From Escherichia phage vB_EcoM_PD205: 64,000 nt of DNA. The stretch lies in the sequence record ON922919, one strand, 5' to 3'. This document shows positions 8,192 through 19,176 of the stretch, piece by piece (position 1 is the first letter of the stretch; each line of letters opens with the position of its first letter). The translations under genes and the position numbers were made by a program. Below the pieces are notes generated by a model, which was given only the letters and a program-made list of their open reading frames with translations, was not told where the DNA came from and ran no database searches.

Positions 8192-10525
8192 ATGAAAGAC
8201 ATGTTCGCTCAAGGTGGTTCTGGTTCTGCTGGAATCAAAACCAACAAACAAGCTATAGCTAGACACTTTGGTGTTAAGCAATCTGATGTTGTTTATTTCT
8301 CTCCCGGTGTTCCTCTTACCGGATACAAAGTTATTTACGACAAAGAGTCGCAGCGTGCTTACTCATTACCTACTGACATTGGTTCTAGGGTTACTGCTGT
8401 AAGTCTTAGTACTGCTGGGGTATTGGTTCACTCTGCTGGTAATGTGGACTTGGGTGAATTGGCTGTTACTCGTGGGGAGTATGTGACCTTACCTGGTTCA
8501 TTCGATACAGGTGTAACTGTTAATACTAAGAATGAATTGGTTGTCTTTGCTGATGGTAAGTATCGCTGGGACGGGGAGCTTCCCAAAGTAGTGCCTGCTG
8601 ATTCAACTCCAGACAGCACTGGTGAGGTTAAATTAGGAGCGTGGGTTGGTGTTGGTGATGCTGCTTTGAGAGGTGATATAGCAAAATTTGATTATAAAGA
8701 TAAATCATTTGAAGACTCACTATTAAAAAGACCTTACATTTTTGAGTCAGTATCGGAAATGATTGCTGCTGATTTCACTGGCGTCAAAGATGGCGCTGTA
8801 GTTAAAACTTTAAAAAATGAATTTGGTTTAACATGTGAATCAACATGGCGAATAGCATCTTCTCAATTAGAAACCACCTATAACGTTAGCGTTTCAGGAG
8901 GCAGATACGCACAACTAGTCATTGAACCTGAAATGTCTTTTGCATCTTTCGGATTTGGTGGCAACGACATACAAAATGCGGCTGCCGTTACAGAGGGCAA
9001 CCGAGTAGCTAGGGCGAACCCTATTATGCACACACTGCGATTCCCTGCTGGTGCATTTAATATTGGAGCGTTCACTCTTGATGTGGACCGTCGTGGATTT
9101 ACTTGGGACGGGGCTGGATGGGATGGTACATACCTAACTTCTACGTCAAACGGTATATCCATGCATCATATTCTTATCGACCCTAGAAACCGTGCTAGAG
9201 ACCGAGACCATTATTACCAAACAGTTAAAGGTTTTACTATTGACGGCAATATCTCCGGCGTGGGGTCAGCCGCCGCTCAACGAACTGTGTGTTCAGCGCA
9301 CTACTCTAATATTGCGTACAAATCCGTAGGCCATATTTTGTCTAACGTTGACCTTTGTGGATTAGTAATTAATTGGAGGGGACTCACTGGAGGCAGAACT
9401 GTCGGCGCCACTAGAACCAGTAGGAGTGTGCGCGCAAGGTATAACTCCATAAAGATTGATGGATATATCGGAGGTTCCACTGATAATGCGGTGGCTCTTG
9501 AGATAAACGGCCCGATCACCACTTTGGCTGCTGCCGCAAATATCGGCGATACTACGATAACGGTGTCCTCCGCGGTTGGATTTAGCGTCCACGACATCAT
9601 CGAGATTGCTGGCGGAACACTTGACGCCAAAATAATCATCGGGATTTCCGGCAACACACTTACACTTGATAGTGGACTGAATAACGCCCACACTAACGCG
9701 GCAACTGTGAGAGTCCCTGTATTCGGCACATCGGTTACCGGAACCATAGAGGTAGGGCAGATTCAGATAGGTAACTCAAACGGCACTGAATTACGGGGCG
9801 CTTACGCAGAACAGAGTAAAATCTACATTTACGGATGGCCGAGCGCACTGGAAATCCACGGTAACACACTTGGCCAAGCTGCGCCGCAGATTCAAATTGA
9901 CCAAGTTAATCGCCTGTCAACCATCAGGATTGTTTGTAACGATACAGCGTTTCCTATAGCCGTTAACGTTGCGGAGAGAGCCACTGGTGCGGTTAATGCT
10001 AACTTAGACCTTTATAACTTCCCTGAACTTGATATTAGTCAGAACACTCGCGCTCAAAGCAGTATCCTGGTAAATGGAATTTATCCGTTTAAATCACTGC
10101 GTACTGAGCGATTCTATGATTCGTCAATAAATGACCGCGCTTTCACTAGTTTTAAATTCACTGGGTTTTCGGCAACACAAAACCCGGCGACATCGACGGA
10201 GATATTACGATTCGCACAAGACGCTGCCCTACGTGGATATGACGGTCACTCATATAGTATCAGTGCCACAATTAGACGTAACACAGGTCTTTCTGGGCTT
10301 ATAGAGCGTAAAGGACAAACATCCAATATAGGTGGCGTTATCTCAGATACGACCACAGAAGCATCAAGGACGCTCAGTAGCTATGCGTTCTTCGACCCCA
10401 CTAATGGCATGGATATTTTAATCGGCAGTAACACAGGTAGGATGGGAATTGTGCTTAAAGGGGAGCCTTCCAGTGGGCAAGCAATTAAGGCCATGATTAG
10501 TGGTGAAATTGTGAGTGTCATTTAA
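8192..10525 (+). CDS. tail fiber/tailspike-like protein (N4 gp65-like by position)
   Basis: 777 aa; repetitive Gly/Thr/Asn-rich segments suggestive of a beta-helix; followed by a strong terminator. Confidence 0.5.
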   Translation: MKDMFAQGGSGSAGIKTNKQAIARHFGVKQSDVVYFSPGVPLTGYKVIYDKESQRAYSLPTDIGSRVTAVSLSTAGVLVHSAGNVDLGELAVTRGEYVTLPGSFDTGVTVNTKNELVVFADGKYRWDGELPKVVPADSTPDSTGEVKLGAWVGVGDAALRGDIAKFDYKDKSFEDSLLKRPYIFESVSEMIAADFTGVKDGAVVKTLKNEFGLTCESTWRIASSQLETTYNVSVSGGRYAQLVIEPEMSFASFGFGGNDIQNAAAVTEGNRVARANPIMHTLRFPAGAFNIGAFTLDVDRRGFTWDGAGWDGTYLTSTSNGISMHHILIDPRNRARDRDHYYQTVKGFTIDGNISGVGSAAAQRTVCSAHYSNIAYKSVGHILSNVDLCGLVINWRGLTGGRTVGATRTSRSVRARYNSIKIDGYIGGSTDNAVALEINGPITTLAAAANIGDTTITVSSAVGFSVHDIIEIAGGTLDAKIIIGISGNTLTLDSGLNNAHTNAATVRVPVFGTSVTGTIEVGQIQIGNSNGTELRGAYAEQSKIYIYGWPSALEIHGNTLGQAAPQIQIDQVNRLSTIRIVCNDTAFPIAVNVAERATGAVNANLDLYNFPELDISQNTRAQSSILVNGIYPFKSLRTERFYDSSINDRAFTSFKFTGFSATQNPATSTEILRFAQDAALRGYDGHSYSISATIRRNTGLSGLIERKGQTSNIGGVISDTTTEASRTLSSYAFFDPTNGMDILIGSNTGRMGIVLKGEPSSGQAIKAMISGEIVSVI

Positions 10526-10537
10526 CTAGATAAAACT

Positions 10538-10562
10538 AAGGCCCCAAATGGGGCCTTTTCTT
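10538..10562 (+). terminator. intrinsic terminator
   Basis: AAGGCCCC-AAAT-GGGGCCTT hairpin followed by TTTTCTT. Confidence 0.75.
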
Positions 10563-10776
10563 ATATAGAGTTTACTGTTTGCATTACCCTAACCGATACT
10601 GCTGTTAGGATGATTACTTGCCCAAATATGTTAAACATGCCCAATTGAATACCATCTACCACGGATTGATACCAGACACTATGTCTGGATGTACCTCATC
10701 ATACTAAGTATTATCTAAGAGTCATCTTATGATATGACCCTATTGGGGATTCTAACTACACAACTACGGTAATATT

Positions 10777-11106
10777 ATGAATGAATCTGGTGAGCTGCTC
10801 CTAGTCAGACTGGAGGAACGATTGAAGACTCTGTTTGAGAACCAGACGAGAGACAGGCAGGACCGAGAGAAACTGGAGGAAACTCTGGTAGAACTACGGG
10901 ATTCAATCAACGACATAGGCAATAGACTAAAAAATGTGGAGGATAGTTTAGCTAAGAACGAACCTACTATTGAAGAGTTCATCACCATTAAGCATAAAGT
11001 TGTTGGTGCAGGAATTTTTGGTAAGTGGGTGTGGGCTGGGGCAGGTGCAATTATTGGTGTATTAGCTGCTGCAAGACGGGAGATATTCGCATGGTTCGCA
11101 GGCTGA
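10777..11106 (+). CDS. membrane-anchored coiled-coil protein (possible holin/antiholin component)
   Basis: 109 aa; charged N-terminal coiled coil and one C-terminal hydrophobic segment GAGIFGKWVWAGAGAIIGVLAAA; directly upstream of endolysin. Confidence 0.35.
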   Translation: MNESGELLLVRLEERLKTLFENQTRDRQDREKLEETLVELRDSINDIGNRLKNVEDSLAKNEPTIEEFITIKHKVVGAGIFGKWVWAGAGAIIGVLAAARREIFAWFAG

Positions 11107-11351
11107 AAAGAAAGGTAGAGTTAGTACCTAACTGGAAAAGATGCTGGAAGTGGGCATCCATTCAGATTAGTACGCTTGGGTTAATTATGTTTTCTGCCAT
11201 AGATATCATTCAACCAATGCTGACAGGATTACCTCGTCACATCCTGGAAGATATTCCCCATGGTTCCAATATTGCAATCGCACTGTTTGCCCTAAATATT
11301 GTAGGCAGATTAATACGATTCCGACCAAAGGAAGATTCACATGAAAGCTAA
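11091..11351 (+). CDS. putative holin (two transmembrane segments)
   Basis: about 87 aa from internal Met; two hydrophobic helices and charged C-terminus; immediately upstream of endolysin. Confidence 0.45.
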   Translation: MVRRLKRKVELVPNWKRCWKWASIQISTLGLIMFSAIDIIQPMLTGLPRHILEDIPHGSNIAIALFALNIVGRLIRFRPKEDSHES

Positions 11352-11976
11352 ACAGAAACTTGCTGCGAAAGGTGGTGCAGTGGGAGGAGTTGTCGCTGCT
11401 ATCCTGGGGGCAGTGTTTTATATGGAAGGGGGATACGTAAACAACCCTCGTGACCCAGGTGGAGAAACTAATCATGGCATTACCCAATCGGTAGCTAAGA
11501 CTCATAAAGAAGTTCTGGCTACTGAGTATGGTTGGGATGGTTCTATGAAAGGTTTATCTAAAGAGATGGCTGCTGAGATATACATTGATGACTACGTACT
11601 TAAGCCTAATTTCGTAGCCTTCGCTGATATATCTCCTGCTGTAACACACAAGCTGGTAGATGCTGGTGTTAACACTGGTGTAACCCGTCCTGCTAAGTGG
11701 TTGCAGCAATCTCTTAATGAAATGTCCCGTGATGGCAAAGACTACCCTAAAATACAGGTTGATGGTAAAGTCGGTACAAGTACTGTTAATGCATATAAAG
11801 CATTACAGAAAAAACGAGGCAAAGTTGCAGCATGTCAGGTAATGATTAAGTTACTCGATGCCAAACAACTGAACCACTACACCTCATTAAACATGTCAGA
11901 CTTTACGTATGGTTGGGTAGCTAACCGAATAGGCAATGTGCCACTGGAGGCATGTAATGAAGATGCTAATCTCTAA
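11341..11976 (+). CDS. endolysin, GH108-type N-acetylmuramidase with N-terminal SAR-like segment
   Basis: 211 aa; EGGYVNNPRDPGGETNHGIT matches the GH108 catalytic motif; N-terminal Gly/Ala-rich weakly hydrophobic stretch GGAVGGVVAAILGAVF. Confidence 0.75.
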   Translation: MKAKQKLAAKGGAVGGVVAAILGAVFYMEGGYVNNPRDPGGETNHGITQSVAKTHKEVLATEYGWDGSMKGLSKEMAAEIYIDDYVLKPNFVAFADISPAVTHKLVDAGVNTGVTRPAKWLQQSLNEMSRDGKDYPKIQVDGKVGTSTVNAYKALQKKRGKVAACQVMIKLLDAKQLNHYTSLNMSDFTYGWVANRIGNVPLEACNEDANL

Positions 11977-12463
11977 AGGTTGGCCTTATCTTCTGGTGGT
12001 GGTCCTAGGGGCCACCATTTACTTTTGGGGTAACTCCAATGGACAGTCCACTGTTCAAAAGAAGTGGGATGACCAAAAGGTTGAAGATCAAAAGGCACTA
12101 CAAAAATTACAGGACAAATACAATGCTCTCCAAAGAAACCATAGTTATGAAGTCGGGTTACTCACTTCCCGGTTGCAGACGGCTGAGAGTAATTATGCAA
12201 GCGAGCTTGCTCGCGTTAGCAGTGATTACGACAGCCGGATGCAACAGTCTGAAAGACGAGCATCGGTATATAAACGTCAAGCCGAAGCCGGAACCTTTGA
12301 GTGCAGAAGTCTTGCAAGCCATGCAGCCAGACTCGACAACAGTCTTGAAGAAGGCAGACGTTTGGTTGAAGAACTCAGGGCAACTGTTAGACTCCGTGAC
12401 AGCCAACTAATTGAGTTGGGTAAACAGATTCAGGCTGACCGTAAACTTTTTGAACAGGAATAA
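11936..12463 (+). CDS. i-spanin (Rz-like)
   Basis: 175 aa; N-terminal TM helix then coiled-coil-rich periplasmic domain; immediately after endolysin. Confidence 0.6.
   Translation: MCHWRHVMKMLISKGWPYLLVVVLGATIYFWGNSNGQSTVQKKWDDQKVEDQKALQKLQDKYNALQRNHSYEVGLLTSRLQTAESNYASELARVSSDYDSRMQQSERRASVYKRQAEAGTFECRSLASHAARLDNSLEEGRRLVEELRATVRLRDSQLIELGKQIQADRKLFEQE
12195..12410 (+). CDS. o-spanin (Rz1-like lipoprotein) embedded in the +1 frame of the i-spanin gene
   Basis: 72 aa from ATG at 12195; signal peptide [16 protein letters not shown] with lipobox Cys; Pro-rich mature part; wholly inside the Rz-like ORF. Confidence 0.6.
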   Translation: MQASLLALAVITTAGCNSLKDEHRYINVKPKPEPLSAEVLQAMQPDSTTVLKKADVWLKNSGQLLDSVTAN

Positions 12464-12465
12464 CT

Positions 12466-14736
12466 ATGGAACACCAAGACACTTTTAAGCCTTTACCAGA
12501 CCCGGCTCAATCAGAGAAGTTAACGGACTGGAAGAAGGAACCAAGTATCCAATTACTGAAAGGTGATTTGGAATCAGCTAAACCTGCTCACGATGCAATC
12601 ATGGCACAGATTCGTGAATGGAATGACTTGATGGAAGTTAAGGGTAAGGCTAAACCCCCAAAGGTTAAGGGTCGCTCACAAGTCCAACCTAGACTGGTTC
12701 GCCGTCAGGCAGAATGGCGTTATGCACCATTGTCTGAACCATTCCTCTCATCTAATAAACTCTTTAAGGTAACTCCTGTTACTTTTGAGGATGAGTTGGC
12801 TGCTCGTCAGAATGAATTAGTTCTTAACTACCAATTCCGTACCCAGCTTAATAAAGTAAAACTGGTGGATGATTACGTACATAGTGTCGTAGATGACGGT
12901 ACTGGTATTGCTCGTATTGGTTGGGAACGTAAGACTGTTAAGATTAAAACAGAAACCCCAGTATTCCAGCTGTATCCAATTGAGAACCAGGAACAAGCAG
13001 ATATTCTTCAGCAGGCTTTACAGCTTCAGGCAGAGAATCCCCGTGAGTATGATGAAACAATGCCGGAAGATATTAAGGAAGCTGTTAATTACTTCAATGA
13101 AACTGGAGAAGCTACTTATGCAATCCAGACTGGAGTTACTGAGGTAGAAGTAGAGAAGGCACTGGTTAACAGACCTACTGTTGAAATGCTTAATCCTAAT
13201 AACGTAGTTATTGACCCGAGTTGTAATGGGGATTTGGATAAGGCTCTATATGCAGTTATCTCATTTGAGACATGCAAAGCAGACCTCATGAAGAACAAAG
13301 ATCGTTACCATAACCTGGATAAGATTGACTGGGAAAGTTCTAGTCCTATGACTGACCCAGACCATGAAAGTAAAACACCAAGTGACTTCCAATTTAAAGA
13401 TGCACTTCGTAAGAAAGTAGTTGCTTATGAGTACTGGGGATTCTACGACATTAACGATGATGGTTCACTGGAACCGATTGTTGCTACCTGGATTGGTTCT
13501 ACTCTTATTCGTATGGAGAAGAACCCATTCCCGGATGGTAAGTTGCCTTTGGTAGTTGTTCCTTATATGCCACGTAAACGTGAACTCTTTGGTGAAGCTG
13601 ATGCTGAACTACTAGGAGATAACCAAGCAATTCTTGGTGCAACCATGCGTGGGATGATTGACCTGTTAGGTCGAAGTGCAAATGGACAGCGTGGTTATCC
13701 TAAGGGGATGTTAGATACCCTAAACCGTCGTCGATATGATGATGGACAAGACTATGAATACAACCCAATGCAGGGCAATCCTAGTCAGGCCATTATAGAA
13801 CATAAGTTCCCTGAGTTACCTCAGTCGGCAATAGTAATGACTCAGATGCAGAACCAGGAAGCAGAAGCACTAACTGGTGTTAAAGCATTCTCAGGTGGTG
13901 TAACTGGTGCAGCTTACGGAGATGTAGCTGCTGGTATTCGTGGTGCACTCGATGCAGCATCCAAACGTGAGATGGCAATCCTTCGTCGATTAGCTAAGGG
14001 TATGGCAGACATTGGTACTAAGATTTGTGCAATGAATGCTGTGTTCTTATCTGAGAAGGAAGTAGTACGTATTACTAATGAACAGTATGTAGAAATTAAC
14101 CGAGAAGACCTTAAAGGTAACTTCGATATTGAAGTTGATATTAATACTGCTGAAATTGATAACCAGAAGTCACAGGACTTGAGCTTCATGGTTCAAACAT
14201 TAGGTAATACAGTTGACCAGTCTATTACGTTATCTCTTGTAGCTAAGATTGCAGAACTCAAACGTATGCCTGACCTTGCTCATGAATTACGTACCTGGCG
14301 ACCACAACCAGACCCTATGGAAGAACAGCTTAAGCAGTTGGCAATTCAGAAAGCCCAGCTTGAGAATGAAGAGTTGAAAAGTAAAATTGCACTTAATAAT
14401 GCTAAGGCTAAAGAAGCTATTTCTAGTGGTGACCTTAAAGACCTGGATTATCTTGAACAGGAATCTGGTACTAAACATGCTCGTGATATGGAGAAACAAA
14501 AAGCACAATCACAAGGAAACCAGAACCTTCAAATAACTAAGGCGTTGACAACACCTACTAAAGAAGGTGAAACTACCCCCAACATATCTGCTGCTGTCGG
14601 ATATAACGCTTTGACTAACGGGAACTCTTTACAGGAACGTGACTTAGCTGCACAGCAAGACCCGACTTATTCACTTAGTTCCCAACATTATGACCCTAGC
14701 CAAGACCCAGCATCGGCTCTTGGTATGAACTTATAA
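12466..14736 (+). CDS. portal protein
   Basis: 756 aa; located between lysis cassette and scaffold/capsid genes as in N4-like phages. Confidence 0.65.
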   Translation: MEHQDTFKPLPDPAQSEKLTDWKKEPSIQLLKGDLESAKPAHDAIMAQIREWNDLMEVKGKAKPPKVKGRSQVQPRLVRRQAEWRYAPLSEPFLSSNKLFKVTPVTFEDELAARQNELVLNYQFRTQLNKVKLVDDYVHSVVDDGTGIARIGWERKTVKIKTETPVFQLYPIENQEQADILQQALQLQAENPREYDETMPEDIKEAVNYFNETGEATYAIQTGVTEVEVEKALVNRPTVEMLNPNNVVIDPSCNGDLDKALYAVISFETCKADLMKNKDRYHNLDKIDWESSSPMTDPDHESKTPSDFQFKDALRKKVVAYEYWGFYDINDDGSLEPIVATWIGSTLIRMEKNPFPDGKLPLVVVPYMPRKRELFGEADAELLGDNQAILGATMRGMIDLLGRSANGQRGYPKGMLDTLNRRRYDDGQDYEYNPMQGNPSQAIIEHKFPELPQSAIVMTQMQNQEAEALTGVKAFSGGVTGAAYGDVAAGIRGALDAASKREMAILRRLAKGMADIGTKICAMNAVFLSEKEVVRITNEQYVEINREDLKGNFDIEVDINTAEIDNQKSQDLSFMVQTLGNTVDQSITLSLVAKIAELKRMPDLAHELRTWRPQPDPMEEQLKQLAIQKAQLENEELKSKIALNNAKAKEAISSGDLKDLDYLEQESGTKHARDMEKQKAQSQGNQNLQITKALTTPTKEGETTPNISAAVGYNALTNGNSLQERDLAAQQDPTYSLSSQHYDPSQDPASALGMNL

Positions 14737-14749
14737 GGCAGACCTTCAC

Positions 14750-15094
14750 ATGAGTAAAGAATCAACAATCGCAGGACTGGAACATCGACTGGAAGCTGCT
14801 AAAGGTGCAGTTGCACACGCAGAGGATGTACGTAAACTTCTGGAGAATCCACTGTTCCGTAAAGTAATCCTTCGCCAGTTCTGTGTAGAAGATTGTGCAC
14901 GTTACGTGCAGGAGTCTGGTGACCCACTGCTTGAACCTAATAACCGTGCAGATGCACTGAATATGGCCCAAGCTGCTGGTCACTTACGTCGTTGGCTCGA
15001 CCTCGCCATTCGTATGGGTGAGAATGAGGCTGACGTTATTCTACAGGTAGAAGAAGAACTCGACGCAGTTCGTGCTGAACCTGAAGACGAATAA
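14750..15094 (+). CDS. hypothetical head-module protein
   Basis: 114-aa ORF between portal and scaffold-like gene. Confidence 0.4.
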   Translation: MSKESTIAGLEHRLEAAKGAVAHAEDVRKLLENPLFRKVILRQFCVEDCARYVQESGDPLLEPNNRADALNMAQAAGHLRRWLDLAIRMGENEADVILQVEEELDAVRAEPEDE

Positions 15095-15113
15095 TTAACC
15101 GGAGATATTTCCT

Positions 15114-16334
15114 ATGACTACGGAAGCTGCAACCACAGCTTCCGACATTCTCGCAATGTCGGATGATGAGATTCTGAATATGGAAGCCCCAGCTATTATT
15201 GCTGAGGAAGATACTTCCACTCAGAACAACCCAGAAACCAACGGCGTACAGACTCCTGATGAAGAAGTTGACCCCTCTGCTGTTGAAGACCTACCAACCG
15301 AAGAAACCTCCACTGAAACTGAACCAGTTGAAGATGATTCAGCAAATTCTTTAACTTCTGATAAAGTTGATGATAAAGTTGTTGACACAGAAGTTGATAG
15401 TAACGGTAAGCCGATTACTAAAGCTGAACCTTCTACTGCTGAACCAGGCCAGGAACAGAAAGAAGAAGGCAAACAGTCTGAAGGTCTGCCTGCTGACTTC
15501 AACTATAAGGAAGGTTATGAGAAGTTGATGGCTCCTTTTAAAGCTAACGGCAAAATGATTACTCCCCGTTCACCGGAGGAGGCCATTAGCCTGATGCAGA
15601 TGGGTGCTAACTATACTCGTAAGATGCAAGAACTTCAGCCGTACCGTAAGGTAATGCTGATGTTACAGAACAACGGTTTAATGGATGAGGAAAAACTTTC
15701 TTTCCTGATTGACCTGGATAAGAAGAATCCTGAAGCCATTAAAAAGTTGTTGAAAGACTCTGGTACAGATCCTCTGGACTTTAATCCAGAAGAGGAAATT
15801 AACTACCAGGGTGGCAAACACCGTGTTACAGACACCGAAGCAGATTTTGCAACCGAAATTGACGACTTAAAGTCTACTCAAGAAGGACAAGCTACATTAG
15901 GTGTTATTAGTTCGACATGGGATGCTGCCAGTAAAGATGCTCTTTATCAGAATCGTGGCTTACTCCACACCATTCACGAACAGCGTGAGAATGGTATTTA
16001 TGACACCATTGCTAATGAAGTGAATCGTCTTCAGGTGTTAGGTCAGATTCCGGTAGGTACTCCGTTTATTCAGGCTTATAACTATGTTGGTAACCTCCTT
16101 GCACAGCAAGGAGCATTTAACCAAGTAGCTAAGCCTGAACCGGTACAAGCAGTTAAACCAGCAGTTCAGCCGGTAGTGCGTGTAGCACAACCTAAGCAGA
16201 CTCTGGCTAACAGTGAGCAAGCTAAAGCAGCTTCCCTTAATCGGGCTGCTACACGTAAAGCAACACCTATTGTAAACCCACTCGCTATGAGTGATGAAGA
16301 TTTCGCTAAACTCCCAGTACCGGGTAGTCTTTAA
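15114..16334 (+). CDS. putative scaffolding protein
   Basis: 406 aa; very acidic low-complexity N-terminus (EEDTSTQNNPETNGVQTPDEEVD...), immediately upstream of major capsid gene. Confidence 0.45.
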   Translation: MTTEAATTASDILAMSDDEILNMEAPAIIAEEDTSTQNNPETNGVQTPDEEVDPSAVEDLPTEETSTETEPVEDDSANSLTSDKVDDKVVDTEVDSNGKPITKAEPSTAEPGQEQKEEGKQSEGLPADFNYKEGYEKLMAPFKANGKMITPRSPEEAISLMQMGANYTRKMQELQPYRKVMLMLQNNGLMDEEKLSFLIDLDKKNPEAIKKLLKDSGTDPLDFNPEEEINYQGGKHRVTDTEADFATEIDDLKSTQEGQATLGVISSTWDAASKDALYQNRGLLHTIHEQRENGIYDTIANEVNRLQVLGQIPVGTPFIQAYNYVGNLLAQQGAFNQVAKPEPVQAVKPAVQPVVRVAQPKQTLANSEQAKAASLNRAATRKATPIVNPLAMSDEDFAKLPVPGSL

Positions 16335-16350
16335 ACAGGAATGAGATGAT

Positions 16351-17553
16351 ATGTTAAACTATAACGCTCCAATTGACGGTCAGAAATCTAGCATTGATGG
16401 TGCTGGCTCCGACCAGATGAATACCTATTACTGGCTGAAGAAAGCTATTATTCAGTCCCGTAAAGACCAGTATTTCATGCCTCTGGCTAACACCGTTAAC
16501 ATGCCGAAGAACTACGGTAAGACTGTTAAGGTGTATGAGTACGTTCCTCTGCTCGACGATAAGAACATTAATGACCAGGGTATTGATGCTAATGGTGCTA
16601 CCATCGTTAACGGTAACCTGTACGGTTCTTCCAAAGACGTTGGTAACATCACTTCTAAACTGCCCCTGCTGTCAGAGAACGGTGGTCGTGTTAACCGTGT
16701 AGGCTTTACTCGTCTGGCTCGTGAAGGTTCTATTCACAAGTTCGGCTTCTTCTACGAATTTACCCAAGAGTCTCTGGACTTTGATTCTGATGACCAACTG
16801 AAAGAACACCTGTCCCGTGAACTGATGAACGGTGCCGTACAGTTGACTGAAGCTGTTCTCCAGAAAGATCTGCTGGCTGCTGCTGGTACTGTACTGTATG
16901 CAGGTGCTGCTGTCTCTGATGCTACCATCACCGGTGAAGGTTCTACCCCGTCTGTAGTTTCTTATAAGAACCTGATGCGTCTTGACCAGATTCTTACTGA
17001 GAACCGTACCCCGACCCAGACTACTATCATCACTGGTTCTAAACTGACAGATACCAAAGTACTTGGTGGTACTCGTGTAATGTACGTAGGTTCTGAACTG
17101 GTTCCAGAACTGAAAGCGATGAAAGACTTGTTCGGTAACAAAGCATTCATCGAAGTTCAGCACTATGCTGATGCTGGTACTCTGATGAATGGTGAAATCG
17201 GTTGTATTGATAAGTTCCGTATTATCCAGGTTCCAGAGATGCTGCATTGGGCAGGTGCTGGTGCACAGGTTACTACTAACCCGGGTTACCGTACTTCTAT
17301 GGTATCTGGTCAGGAGCACTATGACGTGTTCCCGATGCTGGTAGTTGGTGATGACTCCTTCTCTACCATTGGCTTCCAGACTGATGGTAAGTCTGTTAAG
17401 TTCACCATCATGACTAAGATGCCGGGTAAAGAAACTGCTGACCGTAATGACCCGTATGGTGAAACTGGCTTCAGTTCTATCAAGTGGTACTATGGTATTC
17501 TGGTTAAACGTCCAGAACGTCTGGCTCTGATTAAGACTGTTGCTCCTCTGTAA
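16351..17553 (+). CDS. major capsid protein
   Basis: 400 aa; position after portal and scaffold; followed by a stem-loop. Confidence 0.7.
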   Translation: MLNYNAPIDGQKSSIDGAGSDQMNTYYWLKKAIIQSRKDQYFMPLANTVNMPKNYGKTVKVYEYVPLLDDKNINDQGIDANGATIVNGNLYGSSKDVGNITSKLPLLSENGGRVNRVGFTRLAREGSIHKFGFFYEFTQESLDFDSDDQLKEHLSRELMNGAVQLTEAVLQKDLLAAAGTVLYAGAAVSDATITGEGSTPSVVSYKNLMRLDQILTENRTPTQTTIITGSKLTDTKVLGGTRVMYVGSELVPELKAMKDLFGNKAFIEVQHYADAGTLMNGEIGCIDKFRIIQVPEMLHWAGAGAQVTTNPGYRTSMVSGQEHYDVFPMLVVGDDSFSTIGFQTDGKSVKFTIMTKMPGKETADRNDPYGETGFSSIKWYYGILVKRPERLALIKTVAPL

Positions 17554-17570
17554 TAGTCCGAAATAAAACA

Positions 17571-17590
17571 AGGGGGACATAAGTCCCCCT
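17571..17590 (+). terminator. stem-loop downstream of major capsid gene
   Basis: AGGGGGAC-ATAA-GTCCCCCT 8-bp hairpin; no strong T-tract. Confidence 0.45.
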
Positions 17591-17620
17591 CTTAATAAAA
17601 CTAAATGAACCACAGGAAAT

Positions 17621-18262
17621 ATGAACATGAGCATTAACGATAAACCGACCACTGACGTAGAAGTAAACGTACAGGGCAACGAAGATACCGTTAACGATAT
17701 TGCAATGCCTAGCGAACTTGAAGTTCTTAAGCAACGTGCAACGTTGATGAATATCAAGTTCTCTAACAACATTTCCGTTGAGAAGCTTCGTGAGAAGATT
17801 GAAGCTGCACAAGTAAAAGATGAACCAGTAGTAGAAGAAGCTGCTGTTAACCCACTGGGTGCTAATCAAGAAGCCGGTGTTAAGAAGATGACACTAGGTC
17901 AGAAGATTCGTGCAGAACAGACTCGACTGATTCGTGTACGTATTCAGAACCTTGACCCTAAGAAGAAAGACCTGCCGGGTGAGATTATCACCGTAGCTAA
18001 CGAATATATGGGTACTGTACGTAAGTTTGTTCCATTCGGTGAAGTGACCGACAATGGTTATCATATTCCGTACTGTATCTACGAGTTCCTTAAAGAACGT
18101 AAGTTCATCAACATTACGACTCGTAAAGGTAAGAATGGCTTACCGGATATCCGTGCAACAGAAGCGCGTGAGTTCTCCATTGAAGTGCTGCCTCCGTTGA
18201 CTGAAGCAGAACTGGCTCAACTGGCTCAAGCACAGATTGCTGCTGGTAGCCTTAACGATTAA
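17621..18262 (+). CDS. hypothetical structural protein (possible capsid decoration)
   Basis: 213-aa ORF immediately after capsid gene; terminator downstream. Confidence 0.35.
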   Translation: MNMSINDKPTTDVEVNVQGNEDTVNDIAMPSELEVLKQRATLMNIKFSNNISVEKLREKIEAAQVKDEPVVEEAAVNPLGANQEAGVKKMTLGQKIRAEQTRLIRVRIQNLDPKKKDLPGEIITVANEYMGTVRKFVPFGEVTDNGYHIPYCIYEFLKERKFINITTRKGKNGLPDIRATEAREFSIEVLPPLTEAELAQLAQAQIAAGSLND

Positions 18263-18283
18263 CGTATAAGCTACAGTTCAACA

Positions 18284-18320
18284 CGGCTCACTGGGGTAAC
18301 TCCGTGGGCCGTTTCTTTTT
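18284..18320 (+). terminator. intrinsic terminator
   Basis: long imperfect hairpin CGGCTCAC...GTGGGCCG followed by TTTCTTTTT. Confidence 0.65.
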
Positions 18321-18338
18321 GAACCAAGAGGAATAACT

Positions 18339-19175
18339 ATGTCTTGTTCTGCTGAGGTAGAAGCTAACCGACTCCTAGAAGAGTTAACTAAGGGTGATGA
18401 CTTTACCCTTCCTGATATTGATATGTCCGGCCCTGAATGGGATATCCCTGGTGGTGATGGTTCCCCAATCTTTGGTGCTATTGATAAAATATCTAATGAA
18501 TCCCTTACTACCCGTGAAGTAGGTGGTAGTGGTACGTTTGATGCATTAATGGAATCTGCACACAATCACCTTAAAGCTGAGTTTAAAGCTAACCGTATTA
18601 CAGGTGGTGAATATACCAAAGCATATATTGCTATGATGGAATCATGCATGAGCAATGCTGTACAGTTCTTACTTGGTCGTGACCAGGCATACTGGGCTGC
18701 TGCACTAGCACAGATTCAGGCAGTTACTGCTCGTGTTACATTGGCAACCTCTAAGGCTCAGTTTGTACTAGCTAAGATTCAGACACTGTCTGCTAAGAGT
18801 GAATATGCTCTTACTAAGATGAAGATTGCTACTGAGTCTGAAACATACTGTGCTGCATTGTTTAACGCCAGTCAGATGTTACCTCAACAGCTTAAGCTGG
18901 TTACTGAGCAGACCGAAGCACAACGTGCACAGACACTGGATACCCGTAGTGATGGAACCACTGTTACTGGTTCTGTAGGTAAACAGAAAGAGTTGTACTC
19001 CCAACAGATTACTTCTTATCAACGGGATGCAGAAGTTAAAGCATCTAAGCTGTTTACTGATGCATGGATTACTCAGAAGACTATTGATGAAGGCTTGAAT
19101 CCTCCTAATGGTTTCACTAACGCAAGTATTGATACCATTCTGACCAAGCTGAAGTCTAACAACGGGCTGAACTAA
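18339..19175 (+). CDS. hypothetical virion protein
   Basis: 278-aa ORF in structural block. Confidence 0.4.
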   Translation: MSCSAEVEANRLLEELTKGDDFTLPDIDMSGPEWDIPGGDGSPIFGAIDKISNESLTTREVGGSGTFDALMESAHNHLKAEFKANRITGGEYTKAYIAMMESCMSNAVQFLLGRDQAYWAAALAQIQAVTARVTLATSKAQFVLAKIQTLSAKSEYALTKMKIATESETYCAALFNASQMLPQQLKLVTEQTEAQRAQTLDTRSDGTTVTGSVGKQKELYSQQITSYQRDAEVKASKLFTDAWITQKTIDEGLNPPNGFTNASIDTILTKLKSNNGLN

Positions 19176-19176
19176 T

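Noticed and set aside
9301-9747. 148-aa and 109-aa - strand ORFs inside the tail fiber gene
   Set aside because: Antisense shadow ORFs within a long + strand gene.
12893-13147. 84-aa + strand ORF inside the portal gene
   Set aside because: Alternative-frame ORF with no lipobox, TM or RBS evidence, unlike the supported embedded o-spanin.
16672-17772. 366-aa ORF on the - strand
   Set aside because: Lies entirely antisense to the major capsid gene; no RBS or motif support, so it is an antisense shadow ORF.
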